From contig JAHBMJ010000153.1 of the NCBI GenBank assembly GCA_018398765.1, positions 1 to 55,319 on the forward strand: DNA of 55,319 nucleotides, written 5' to 3'. Position numbers and translations under genes: made by a program. The notes under the pieces are model-generated. The model was not told the origin of the DNA. It saw nothing but the letters and a program-made list of their open reading frames with translations, and searched no databases. The stretch comes from Chromera velia. Its lineage: Eukaryota. Below are positions 14,101 to 26,342 of this stretch, in pieces. Positions within the stretch are counted from its first letter, which is position 1. Each line of letters starts with the position of its first letter.

Positions 14101-14181
14101 TCATCAGATTTTGAGATGGATAGTGGAGAGTCTGACATGTTCTATGAGAGCGAAGCAGCAGATGGAGGAGTCGAGTACTAA
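2675..14181 (+). CDS. ~1045-aa putative plastid-targeted protein with a divergent RimP-like module and acidic C-tail (21 exons)
   Basis: Phase-consistent GT-AG exons: 2675-3063, 3435-3578, 4058-4212, 4450-4595, 5023-5126, 6172-6322, 6755-6891, 7375-7449, 7935-7997, 8367-8457, 8779-8836, 9079-9163, 9306-9414, 9851-9979, 10395-10447, 11059-11128, 11421-11550, 12011-12204, 12775-13011, 13204-13419, 13780-14181 (3138 nt, open frame). N-terminus is a hydrophobic signal-like stretch, then SAAF and a basic R/S/G-rich transit-like peptide. Gene structure is well supported; the RimP label is tentative. Confidence 0.75.
5155..5822. repeat. ~670-bp (CTTT)n polypyrimidine microsatellite in intron 5
   Basis: Degenerate CTTT/TCTT tetranucleotide array; similar tracts at ~21900-22020, 33920-34275, 42070-42330 and 44700-45080. 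Confidence 0.95.
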
Positions 14182-14922
14182 AGAATCGACTACCAAATCT
14201 GATGCCAACAACTAAATACAAAATAGTGTGTTATGATCCTAACTTGAAATGAGAAGATATATAACATTCTATGTGGATTTTAATGGATGAAATTTAATTT
14301 AATATCGATGTTCAAGTTAAAGTTGGTCTTTCTTTATCACTAGGAGTACCTAGGTTACAATTAGTGTTCGATCTAACTAGCTCTGGAGAAAGGCTAGAAG
14401 AAAGGTTCAATATTCAGTTTAAAATGATGAACTTAAAACATAGTTTGAATTAATTAAGTATCGACTTAAGTTGAAAAACAAATTATGAGATTCGAAAACT
14501 TACTCACTCTGAATATGCAGAAACAGTTATGATAAACTGAATCATTATAAAACGTAAAGTTGATAGATATAATTATATAAAAAATCTTCTAAAAAATCTT
14601 TTGAATACTATGATGACTTGTAGTATAACGTTTAGAAGCTTCAAATTGATTAATCAAATTAAATTTAATTTTATTCAATTTAAAAGAAAATTACCGAAAA
14701 AGTCTAATTCTCAAAACAAATGTAAGGATCAAAAGAAGGACCTAGCTAGAGAGGGACAGAAAGTTGAGAAGGATTCTGAAGGAAACAAGAGAGGGTTGCC
14801 CTCAGAGACAGATGGAGGGAGAGGGAGAGAGAGGGAGAGGAATCAAAGAATAAAGGAGGAAAAGACCGAAGAAAGGAAGGGAAGCAAGAAAGGGGGTTCA
14901 GAGGAAGCGAACGAAAAAAAGA

Positions 14923-14982
<60 letters not shown>

Positions 14983-15114
14983 AGAAAGAAAGGAAGAAAG
15001 GGGGGAAGGGAGGAAGGAAGGAAGAGAGAAAGAGGGAAAGAAATGGAGGGTGTTCGAGCAATTCGCCATGCGGTCGGACTTTAAGTTTGAGCTATTTTTA
15101 TTCCTCAAGTCATT

Positions 15115-18100
15115 TCAGGTTGTCACCGTCAGAGTAACAGTGCAATCCCGTGTTCTGTGCAGCCCCAATTGCTTGCAGGTAAAACACTTATGACCCTCTG
15201 TGGGATGATCTCCACTCCCACAGAGACCACAAGGGTCCTCTATGGCATTTTGGGGACAGTTCTGGGTGCGGTGGAGGCCCTCCTTTCGACACTTGTGGCA
15301 CCTGTGCTTTGCGGTTGGATGTTTTCCGAAACACAGACTACACGAGTTCTTCGTGCACATTGAAGTCAGGTGCGTGCCCACTTCGCCACAGGAACGACAT
15401 CTGTGGTTTTCTGTTGTGTGCCCGTGGCGCCCGCAAAGGCCACAGGTTGGCCCGTTTCTCCGTCTCGTCTCTGTGCTTGGCGTCTGCTCAGCGCACGGTG
15501 TCGCGAGACGCAAAAACGGGATATCCCCAGGAGGGCATCGGGTGAATGTTCCCTCCTCGTCCAGCCTCCCGACGTAGAACCTGGGGGCCTGCAGGCAGGC
15601 AGGCAGGGAGGCAAGCAGGCAGGCAGGGAGGGAGGGAAACGCAAAGTCACAAATGCATGCAAACACACATGAATCCAGAAAGAAGAGGAAAGCGCATGAA
15701 ATCGAAGGAAAAGCTGCGGGGCCGCAGGCAGAAGGAACCTTTGAGGGGTGGGCAGACGGTCAAGGAAGAAAGCGAACGTGGAGAGACAAAGAGAATCAAG
15801 TGTAGGGCTGTGCATGCTAGGAAGGTGGAGCGACACGAGAGAGAGCAGTAGCAAACAAGCAAGCGAAAAAAAGTGTGACATAGACAGCCATGCACGCAGG
15901 CAAGAGGGAAGGCAAAATGGAAACGTGAGAAGAAACGTATGAAAGAAACGACAGAAGGCTCCATGCAGAGCTTGGAGCCCCCCCTGTTCCCCACCTGGAC
16001 AATCGCCTCCTCAACTTTTTCACCATTTCCTTTATGGAACACCGCCAGCATTCCCTCAGTCACTCGCTGAACATGACCACGAATGAGAACAAACACCCGG
16101 GGGAGAGGAAGAGAGAGACGCAGATGCTTCTTCAGCGCCTGCAGAGAAAGAGAGATCAACAAGACATAAAAGCAAGAAAAACCCCCTTTGGTAAAGAAGG
16201 AGATTTGAACCAAGAGAAAGAGAAGAACCGAAGCAAGCCACCACAAGCTTGGGGCATCCACCCCTTCAAGTAGAAGTTTTTCTCGTTCAGCTTTCCTGTC
16301 ATCGTGTCTAATCTCTTGAAGAAAAAATCAACTACCACAGTGCGGCAATGCCATGCATTCACAAAAAAGGAGGCACATACCAGAACAAAGTAAGAATTCA
16401 GACGCCCGGTTCCGCCGCTGGCCGTCTGTCCCTTCTCGCAGGCGGTGGCCACAAAAACCTCTGTGCCCCTCGCACGGAGAGCCCTTTCTGGCCCTGTCTC
16501 GTCACTCCCCTTCGAAGACTTTCTCCTCGGGGCTCTGCCTGCTTTGGAACGACCATTTGAGGAAAAGGAACGGAGAAAAGGCTGCAAGGGCCTCTCAGAG
16601 TCCCCCCCCTGGAGTGCGCGTCGAAAAACACCGCTGACCCGCTTCAACAAATTAGTGACAAAAGAGAAGAAAGAGGACCCAGATGCACCCCCTCGTTCTC
16701 CATGAACACCCCCAAGCGGCCCCCCCTCAGGATTCAGTGTCCTCTCTGTCTCCCTCAACGCCGCACCGTTTTCTGACGCAGAGTTCTCCGTGTCCAATTG
16801 TTCATCACTTCTGAAACCGACTTCAGTCCAACTTTCCTCCGTGTCCCTTTCTTCTTCTTCCTCTCCCTCTTCTTCTTCCTCCCGCCCTTCTTCTTTCAAT
16901 TGCGCTTCTTGTCCTCTTTCCAGCAGTCTTGATTCATCCATGCTGTCACCTTTCTCCCCCTCTTCCAGGATCTGCTCTCCCCTCTCGTCTTCAAGATGGC
17001 CCTCTCTTGACAGACCCCCATTCCTCTTCTTATTGACAAAATTGAACTTGACGATCGTCTGACACAAGTCCATCATCAGCACAAAACGACTCGTCGGAAC
17101 CTCCAGAGAGGTGCAGGAGACGTGCAAGACCTTCAGCACGTCCTCATACAAATCGACGTACCCCTCCTGCACACACACACACACACACACAAACACACAG
17201 AGGGAGGGAGAGGGAGAATGAGGAGAGAAAGAAAAAAACCGCCGGCGAAGAACAGTAACCGTCAGACACACTATGAGGCCGTGCAGAAGGAACAATTAGT
17301 GCCTCTCCATTCGTCAAGAGAGAGCAAGCGCTAGTTCTAGCTTTCTGACAACTCCATCGTCAAGCCGGCATCCGTCCATCCTCAACAATTTTGTAACTGT
17401 GCACGCAGAGCATTCGCATGGGTAGTGAAGCTATCTGCCAGCATCTTTCTGCTGCTGTCTGCGGTTACCTTCCTGTCCAATTGGGTGTTCACATGTTTGC
17501 AATTGAGCAGGGCCCTCCTCGCACCCACAACCACTCTCCCCCCCCCCTCCCTCCAATCCAATCACTGTCCGTCTGACCGATGCGTAGTCCAAAGGGACGA
17601 ACATGTGCCTCTCCGTGTCCCTATCGATGCATCCGTGCCCTCCATAGTAAAGTGCCACGATCACGCCCTCAGGGGTCTCCCCAGTCTCTCGGATCCCTTC
17701 CTCTATCCTCCTTCGAACAGCCGCACACACCGTCTCCGTTGCCTGCCTCTTCGTTGACTGCACTACCCTCACCACCGAGTACCCCATTGACGAAAGAAGA
17801 TCCCCCACTGCCTCTACGTCAGCATCCACCCGGGGGAGTCGGCCCCAGAGAGGCGCCTGACCGCATCTGCACTCACACACTCACGCACGTTGAAGATGCT
17901 TTGATTTCAATTTGATCCGGTATGCTCAAGAAGCGGGAGAATCTGGAGTTTTGGTTTTGTTCCAAAATCAAGGAACAGCGGTTGAGAAGCGCAGTGCAGC
18001 AGGAAAAGAGAGAGACAGAAGAAAACGAAAGTGTGGACTCAAATCAGGTTCTTCCCTTACCTGTGATAGAGGTAGTCTCCACACCCAACAACCACCCCCA

Positions 18101-18650
18101 ACTTCATCCAGTACTTCTGTCCTATGCCCTTTCCCTTTCGAAAACAAAGATTCAGAGAGTTCAACTCTTCCTCAACAACTCTCCCCTCAGGAACATGAGA
18201 TGTCTCCTTGACTCCAGAAAAACGGAGAATCCAGCGAAGGACTGTGTCCAGTCTTGTGTCTTGTAACTCCGCAGGTATCTGTATTTTCGTGTCCATATCA
18301 AACGGAGACGTTTTGATTGAGAGACTGAAGGGGCAGTTCGGGTAGAAGAGCTCCTCTTCATCCCCTTCCTCCCACCTAAGTATGAAAGTTTGGGGCGTTC
18401 TTGAGATGCTCCTAGGGGGCAGAAGCTCAACGACAGCCTCAAGGACGGGTGCGATGCTAACACTCTTCAGGCGAAAATGAAAATTCTGTGCAGAGGAGGA
18501 TGCGGATGGCACAGGATCGAAAGGACGAGGAGGGAACCTCTCCCATGTTTTCCATTCGAGAAGAAAAGTCTGTTTGAGCCTACCAACGTCTCCTCGTGTG
18601 GAAGGCAGGGAAGAAGCGCAACTGCTCATGTCGCTTTGCCTCTCTGCCAT
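15115..18650 (-). CDS. Caspase-family (peptidase C14, meta/orthocaspase-like) protease with C-terminal tandem zinc knuckles, ~760 aa, 5 exons
   Basis: Exons 18650-18061, 17866-17578, 17166-16381, 16138-15995, 15588-15115 (2283 nt, all GT-AG, in frame). p20: KLGVVVGCGDY...LPRVDADVEAVGDLLSSMGYSV...VALYYGGHG (His 17635-17637)...MFVPLD...FVLMMDLCQ (Cys 17062-17064). p10: VFVATACEKGQTASGG..RLNSYFVLALKKHL...VFVLIRGHVQRVT...QAP. C-terminus has three CxxC-H-H / CxxC-H-C pairs. Confidence 0.85.
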
Positions 18651-20140
18651 TTGACTCACGACTCTGCTTCCACTGTCTTTCGATCTCGCTCTCCACAGTC
18701 CTGCCAGCACTCCGGTTCCCTCAAACTGAACGATCTCTCAGTCTGCGTCAGCGCCAGCCGTCTCCTCAAACGTCAGCTCCTCTCTCTAATCCCATCCATC
18801 ATGCCGTCTTTCTCATCATGCCGGCTTTTTGCCGTAACTTGCTTTTCGTACAGCTACACCCACGAAGGATCGCGCTCGTGAGTTTCCTGACACTCACGGC
18901 ACACAATGCTGAGTCCGTGTGGAGACGGGTGTCCTATAGCTGGTGACGATCGATCAACTTAAGATTTCCTAGCTATAAGCTAGCTAGGGCGCGCGCTTTG
19001 CGCGCGATGCAGCGCTGAGAATTAGAAGTCACATGAGCCCATGAGCTGAATTCTTAATCTTGGAGCCACTATATGGCGCCACTACGGCATTCCACGCCAT
19101 ATCCGAGCCATCCTCAACGATGAAGAGTGGAATCTGCCAAGAAAATCTGCCGAACAGCTCTCGAGTGCAAGAGAAGTGGTCGGCTCACTCTAAGATAGGT
19201 ACTTGCAGAGGCCACTTTGAATAAGGAGACACATATGAGTTTGGAATGCAACGGACTGTCCGTTCCGCGAGACTGGCATCGGAGCCAGAGAACAGGCAGT
19301 CTCAAGCTACTTACCCTTAATTTTTTGGTGTCCTGGAAGGGCAGCACGTCTTTGTTGTATTGTGTCGGTAAAGGCCAGAAAGCATTGTAAAATCTCACTC
19401 AGGTGTCTCAGAAGCTCTCGGTTGAATTTTGCCAAGCCACTCGATTTTATGTTTTTCTTTGTCTGGGTCTTGCCTGTGTTGCACTCGCGGTTCTGGATGA
19501 GCTCGGAGCTGTATACACTCCCGTAGGCAGGGTTAATTAATTAAGGTAGCGCTGAAAATGTTCTGTCCTGCCGAGCCGTTAACGCAGTGAAGCTGGATCG
19601 TGATGCGAGAAGAACGAAGTCCCGAGGAAGTTCGAGGACCCCGCATCTCTTTTGTTTTCAGAAGGTTGGTGCACTCTGGTGTTACGCAGCGAGGCAGGGC
19701 AGCAAGGGGCTCGACCTTTTTCTTCCTTCATTTAGTGCGTACGTAGAAAGTGAAATCCCTTCGATCACCCCGTCCCTCCCCCCCTCTCCCGCGGTCCCCT
19801 TGCAATAGACCGCTGCCGATTTCTGTTCTGTGATGTTATTCCTTTTTCCGCCTTTTTCCTCCTCCTCCTCCTCCCTCCTCATTTGACATTTCCTGTATGT
19901 TTTCGTTTATGCCATGCCTGTTTCTGAGCTCATGAGCTCCCACAGGCAACTTTGAAGGCGATGGTGCATGGTCGCGTCGACTGTTTTGTGGGCGAACTGA
20001 TTCCGAATATTCCATTTTTGGACAGAAGCTGTCACAACAAGCATCTTTGGTATACCTGCCTGGAAAGGTTGTGTTCCCTAGTGCAGCGCACACTTTACTC
20101 TGTTCGCCCATATGTGCAATCTTGTGTGTCCGGACTGCAG

Positions 20141-21671
20141 AGCCGATACGAAGATTCTGTAGAAGGCCGTTGGTGTAGGAGCACGAGAGCATCCAAGATC
20201 AAATCTCCCAGAGAGAGAGAGAGAGCAAGACTGTCGAGGAGGGGTGGAGACTTGCGGAGGGATTCGTCTCTGCAGGGCTCCTCTTTGACCTCCTTGAGGC
20301 GACCGCCCGACTCGTCCCGGTGAGTCATTCATTTTTCATTGTTGTATATCTGCCTGTTGAAGCTTTGCAGTCCCGTTTGCATGACCTGAGGAAGAAACCA
20401 GATGGGACTTTCCACAGTGCACATCTGACTTCGTCATATTTGTCTGTGCTTTCCCTTACCATCCTCGTCTTTTCTGGTTTTTCACTTTCTGCAGGCAGAA
20501 ATGACGCAAAGACGTAAAGGCCCTTTTTCTCTTTACAAAGCCACAGTGCATATCATTCTTGAAGGTTCGTTGTGCAACATATTGCTTTTCTTTTTTCTTT
20601 TCTACAGACGATGCAGCAAATGAAAGCAGACATAGAGAATGCAGTCATCGTGAGATCCACAAGGGAGGACAGGTTAGGCAGTCATACACAAAAGAAAGTC
20701 AGGCAGGCACGCACAAGCAGAGGAGCAAGTCTTTGGAACGGAAATTGTCAGTCACAGTGAGCAACTCCGGAGACAGACAGATAGACGGTCTGACCGACAG
20801 ACTGCAGGAAGCAGAGAGGGAGGGTTCTGCAGGCGGAGAAAGAGAGAACAGCCCTCGTACAGGAACGGCAACAGTTGCCTTCCTTCAGCTGCGCTGTAGG
20901 CCCGAACCTAGGCCCGAACCCCCGCAGGACAGCATAGTCAAATGCACACACAGCTACTGGTGCCCCCATCCCGTCCCCCCTCCCTGACCTGCAGAGAACT
21001 CAGATTCAGGCCAGAGCCTCTCATGTAAGCGGAACCTCCCCAACCAGTCGAAGCCCGTCACCGTGACGTCCAGCAGGGGCGCACCGACAGCAGCAACAGG
21101 GGCCTTCAGTGATACCTGCATGCCCTGCAGGCCCGAGGCCCCACTCAGAGGCAACTTGAAAACCACCTCACCGTCACTGTGGTCAGTGAACTAACGTTTC
21201 TTCTTCCTTACCCCAGCGCCCTTGTCATGCCGTTCTGCTTTTGTTTTCTCTTTCAAGTTTCTCTTCAATCTCTGCAGCTTCACCTCCTGTGATCCTCCGG
21301 TGGTCGGCCTTCTCTTTCCCTGTGTTTCTTTCTGGTTTCTCTTTCATACTCACCTTTGCTTTCTCTGTAGTGAGCGTCGTTCCACACCTGGTTGTCCCTT
21401 TCTCAAGTCAGCTAGTGTCCGCCCTCTTTGGTCATTTGAAAACCCGGAGCACTTCATGGAGGACCGATTCGACCATTTCTTTTCTTTCCTTGATTGTCTT
21501 TCCAGATGGCGAAAGGGGACTTATGCAGAACGAAGAGGCAACGACGGTGAAATACTTCCTGGAATTAGTAAACTGGGGGCGGAGAACTTGAAGGAAGCTG
21601 GAGCCTGCCCGGAGGCACCACTCCATGCAGAGACATGCGTCGCAGTCCGTTGCCAAAGTTCTTCTTCCTGA
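20141..21671 (+). pseudogene. Possible degenerate intron-containing gene (coiled-coil/low-complexity product)
   Basis: Plausible acceptor/donor signals (tgcag 20140, gtgagt 20320, gcag ~20493, tacag 20607, gtcagt ~21182, ccag ~21505) flank protein-like stretches such as EHESIQDQISQRERESKTVEEGWRLAEG and QIDGLTDRLQEAERE. No single uninterrupted spliced frame could be built. Confidence 0.3.
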
Positions 21672-22217
21672 TCCCCTTCAACGGGGGGAATCTCTTCTCT
21701 TTTTTTCTCTCTTTCTTTTTCTCTCCCTCTCACTTTCTTTCCTTCTTTCTCGGAAGCATGTATGTCTGCATGCATGAAAGCCAGGCTCCATTCCCCCGTT
21801 TGCATGCAGACCCTCCGGGGCCGTCGAGATCGGCAATTAAAAAACAAACTCAAATTAAACGTGCTACGAACAGTAAGATGTTCAAAAATCGTCAGCTGCT
21901 CCTTCTTTGTCCTTTCTTTTGTCCCTCATTTCTTTCTTTTTTTCTTTCTTCCTTCCTTCCTTTCTTTCTTTCTTTCTTTATTTATTTATTTCTTTCTTTC
22001 TTTCTGTCTTTTTTTCCTTCACTCACTCACTCACTCGCTTACTCATTCACTAACTCACTCATTCACTTATGTTCACTTCGAAGATCCGGCATGCACCGTG
22101 CGTTGTTCTCCTTCCGTTACTGTATTGCCATATGCACAATCATCTAGATTGGAAGTCTCCCTTGCCAGCTGGCGGCCGCACGGAAGCCCCCCTTCGCACG
22201 GTCCAGGCTTGTAGCAC

Positions 22218-25200
22218 NGGGGGGGGGGGGGGCGTGCCGCGCGGTAGACCATTAAATGACATAAGCCATCATGGCCCTTAGGCTAGCACTAGCTATCCTA
22301 AGTTTTATTCTAATGAATATTTAATTTATAAAAAAGATAATTTAAATCATATCAATCTTATATTTTTTTTATAATTCTTACAGGTGATTTATTTTTGTTT
22401 GTTTCTGTTTGTAAATCAAACGCAGATAGGTGATGATACGTGCACATTGATAGATTGATTGATTGATATGCTGTACATTTGCAATTGCGATATGTGCACA
22501 CACTCGGTCTCAACGCCGTCTCCTCGTGTTGGCCTCCCCTCTCTTCTTGCCAATGGGTTAACGTCAGCATCTGGATGCTGAAGAAGATACTGAGAGAGGA
22601 GAGCGGGGCAGTTGAATGCCTTTTCCACGAGCCAGGAGTCGTCTTAGAAAGTCGTCATCGGCAGAGAACCCCTCCCATCGAATGAGAAACTTTCTCACTC
22701 TATACAGTACGGTTAGGGGGAACTACCAGGGGGGTCGAGCGATTTCATGGTGAACATAGATTTGGTAACTCGTGAGCAGTAGTTAGGGGGGTCTTTGACC
22801 CCGGCATCAAGTAACCATAGCGATGGTAGTTTGGACCAAAGGCCCCGGCAAACCGTGCAGTAAAAAAAACGTGTAAGCGTTTTCGGATGAAACCCTGAAT
22901 TGGTGATCTATCATATGCATCTATTTTGAAAAGATGAAACGGTTCTCTAAATTATTTTATGATTGATTCATTTGATTCTACAGAGAAAGCTCGTATATAA
23001 GCTAGTTTCTGAAAAAAGGCAAGGCTTGAGGTATGAGCAACGAGGTAAGAACAGTTGTTTTTACAGAGTCTAAGCCTACTATTCATCCTCTTTGATCCTC
23101 TGTGCTCGTTTTTCAGAACTGCATGACATTCCATCTCGTCCGCCTTGTAATGAAAAAGCAGTATCCACTCGATTGATCCGGTCCAAAACATGTCTGACAC
23201 CCCTGCAGACTATCTTGAGCGCCGTCTTCGGAACGGTATCTCGAATCGTTTAGACTACTGTAACATTAAAGCAGGGCTTGTACTGTGCGACTTCGGTATA
23301 CTTTCTGTCACTGAATTTATTGAGAAATATGGAGCTCTGAAAAAGAACATAATTACTCTAACATTCTTTATATCATTGCCTAGATTTATAATGTAACATA
23401 ATTTATTAGGTCCCGTACATTAATGTTCCATTAGAAAAATGTAAAACCGTGTGTTACAATCATTTTCAATCATTTTAATGGTTTTCTACAAAGAGTTTTA
23501 ATAACATGTTTTAATTCATTATTTCATATTTTATGAATCTTTAATTATCTTTTTATTGAAAAACGTAAGATTATTAGAAAAACCCCTTATACTACCACTA
23601 CCATGGTACCTCTGCCCCAACTTACTACTATACTGATAAATGTGATTACCAGGCGGCCGTAACCAAATTAATTTGTCATGGTTCCTCCAAAGCATACTGT
23701 ATATCTCACTCGTATGGTCAACAATGCTAGTATTAACCATACTTCAACCATGGTGACCTTCAAAGCCACTTTTTTTTTTTTACGGGCCCGAAAGGGCCCC
23801 AGCAAGCGTAACGCATACTAGAGAAAAATTTAATCCCGCTGCTGCGCTGTATACACGGCCCGGCAGGGCCATGCTGTGCGGAAGTGGAAGCTTTTTTTTG
23901 TGGTATAGGGAGGCGCCGTGCGGCAGCACACCCCCTCCCCCCCCCCNAGCAGTATCCACTCGATTGATCCGGTCCAAAACATGTCTGACACCCCTGCAGA
24001 CTATCTTGAGCGCCGTCTTCGGAACGGTATCTCGAATCGTTTAGACTACTGTAACATTAAAGCAGGGCTTGTACTGTGCGACTTCGGTATACTTTCTGTC
24101 ACTGAATTTATTGAGAAATATGGAGCTCTGAAAAAGAACATAATTACTCTAACATTCTTTATATCATTGCCTAGATTTATAATGTAACATAATTTATTAG
24201 GTCCCGTACATTAATGTTCCATTAGAAAAATGTAAAACCGTGTGTTACAATCATTTTCAATCATTTTAATGGTTTTCTACAAAGAGTTTTAATAACATGT
24301 TTTAATTCATTATTTCATATTTTATGAATCTTTAATTATCTTTTTATTGAAAAACGTAAGATTATTAGAAAAACCCCTTATACTACCACTACCATGGTAC
24401 CTCTGCCCCAACTTACTACTATACTGATAAATGTGATTACCAGGCGGCCGTAACCAAATTAATTTGTCATGGTTCCTCCAAAGCATACTGTATATCTCAC
24501 TCGTATGGTCAACAATGCTAGTATTAACCATACTTCAACCATGGTGACCTTCAAAGCCACTTTTTTTTTTTTACGGGCCCGAAAGGGCCCCAGCAAGCGT
24601 AACGCATACTAGAGAAAAATTTAATCCCGCTGCTGCGCTGTATACACGGCCCGGCAGGGCCATGCTGTGCGGAAGTGGAAGCTTTTTTTTGTGGTATAGG
24701 GAGGCGCCGTGCGGCAGCCCCCCCCCCCCCCCCCCCCCATGCTAAAGGCATTTCACCCCTTTATCATATCTCCTCAGACGTCTACCTCGAGAATCCAGAA
24801 ACTATGTTCAGTAGAGCAACTTGCACTCATGAGTCATGTCTGTTGAAAAGCTTTCAATCGAATGAGTCGATCTTGAAGTCCTTTTTATATCTCTTTCGTC
24901 AATTCCATTTGGATGGTGGGTCTGTCATTGGAGCTAGTCATTAGACTTCAAACTAAAACTCAAATGAAGCTTGTATTCTCTTGCATACAATGCAGACGCC
25001 TCCTGCAACACCCTCAGTGAATCCCTTCCATACGGTCCTAAACTTTTTTTGCTGACTCCCCTGGAGAGGGCCTCCCTTCTAGTTGAGAGCGTACGGCTGA
25101 ACGAGTTGCAAGAGGCCACCGATTGCTCTTTCAAATCAATCACTGAGTACAGCGGGGACCAGAAAAAAACTCTTCAGGGGGGGTGTTTTGCATTCGAGGA

Positions 25201-26037
25201 CATAGAGGGTGGACTGAAGGCCTTCCCAAAAAAATACGAACAGTGGCTGCATGCGCGGCTGTTATCCAAAGTTGAGAAGAAAAAAAGTGATAGTGCTACC
25301 GATGTAAGCAGTGTCTCCGAGTCAAACTCCGGTGCTACAGCATCATCATCGTTAAGCAGCAGCAGTACTAGCAGTAACAGCAGCATTTAAATCTGCAAAC
25401 AAAGCTAAAACCCTGGGTTCTCAGATATTTTGAGAAGGCTTTAACATCTGACGTCACGGTGTTGGCAAAACGGAAGGCCGAAGATAACCAGATGGCAGTA
25501 GTAGCTGCCTCCCAGTCAGATGGCCGAGGGGATAGATGCAGCAGAAATCAAAAAGGATCCAAGAAGAAGAAACAAGAATCAGGAGAGATGACTACAAAAG
25601 GGTTTTTCCCTCCACACATGGGTGGTCAAAGTGGAGGTCTGCACTGTGCTCAAAGTATAGGCACCCTTGGTAGACCTCCCTCTCTCTGGCACCCTCACGC
25701 CAGTCACAATACCCGTGCATGGACTCAGAGTGCGAACAACAATTTCTGGAAAATTCTGGGTAATCAAGAAGATCTTCGGGCGATTTGCTGAGCAAAAGGA
25801 CCACCAGGCCGTCGTTCGAATACTCGACGACCGTTTAGGTCTCGAAGTCCCTCCTCCCCCCGCTCCCCCCCTCCTCTCTCAACCATCAGAAGAGAACTTT
25901 TTTTTGCAAGTCTTTCACTGGTGGTACGGTATGCTAAACAAAGCCTCCCTCGTTTTATGAGTTCCCTCTTTAACTCAATGACAGACAGTGGTAAGTTAGT
26001 ATAGGTTTTTAACCCAAATATCAAGGTTTTTTGAAAG

Positions 26038-26099
<62 letters not shown>

Positions 26100-26342
26100 A
26101 AATTGAAAAATTAATGATTGATTGCTAGGATTGATTGATTATTCTAAACATATTAAGCAACTATAAGCAACCTCCTAACCTGACTTTAAATGTTTAATAT
26201 TCAATTTGAAGGTTAACAACTGTGATCTTAAATGCAGTTTATTCAAACAAAAAAAAAATGTACTATATATATACCATATGGGGCCATGTAAAAATTCATT
26301 TGAGTGTTAATAGCACGCAAGACCCCCCCCCCCCNNNNNNNN
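22218..26342. other. Assembly gaps (N at 22218, 23947, 26335-26342), each adjacent to a long G or C homopolymer
   Basis: N characters seen directly, each abutting a poly-G or poly-C run. Confidence 0.95.
23157..24738. repeat. 791-bp near-perfect tandem duplication across a single-N gap (probable scaffolding artefact)
   Basis: 23157-23946 and 23948-24738 differ essentially only in homopolymer regions; the junction is the N at 23947. Confidence 0.9.

Noticed and set aside
14220..14740. AT-rich island as organellar DNA insertion or RNA gene
   Set aside because: No recognisable rRNA, tRNA or organellar coding motif; resembles the other AT-rich intergenic islands in the window.
15115..15460. Zinc knuckles as a retroelement gag remnant
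   Set aside because: Spacing is CX2CX3-4HX4H plus CX2CX5HX4C, not the gag CX2CX4HX4C; no pol or LTR nearby; the exon splices in phase and completes the caspase Q-x-P motif.
23157..24738. Genuine recent tandem duplication or LTR pair
   Set aside because: Copies abut at a single N and differ only around homopolymers, typical of unmerged overlapping contig ends; no TG..CA, PBS or PPT.
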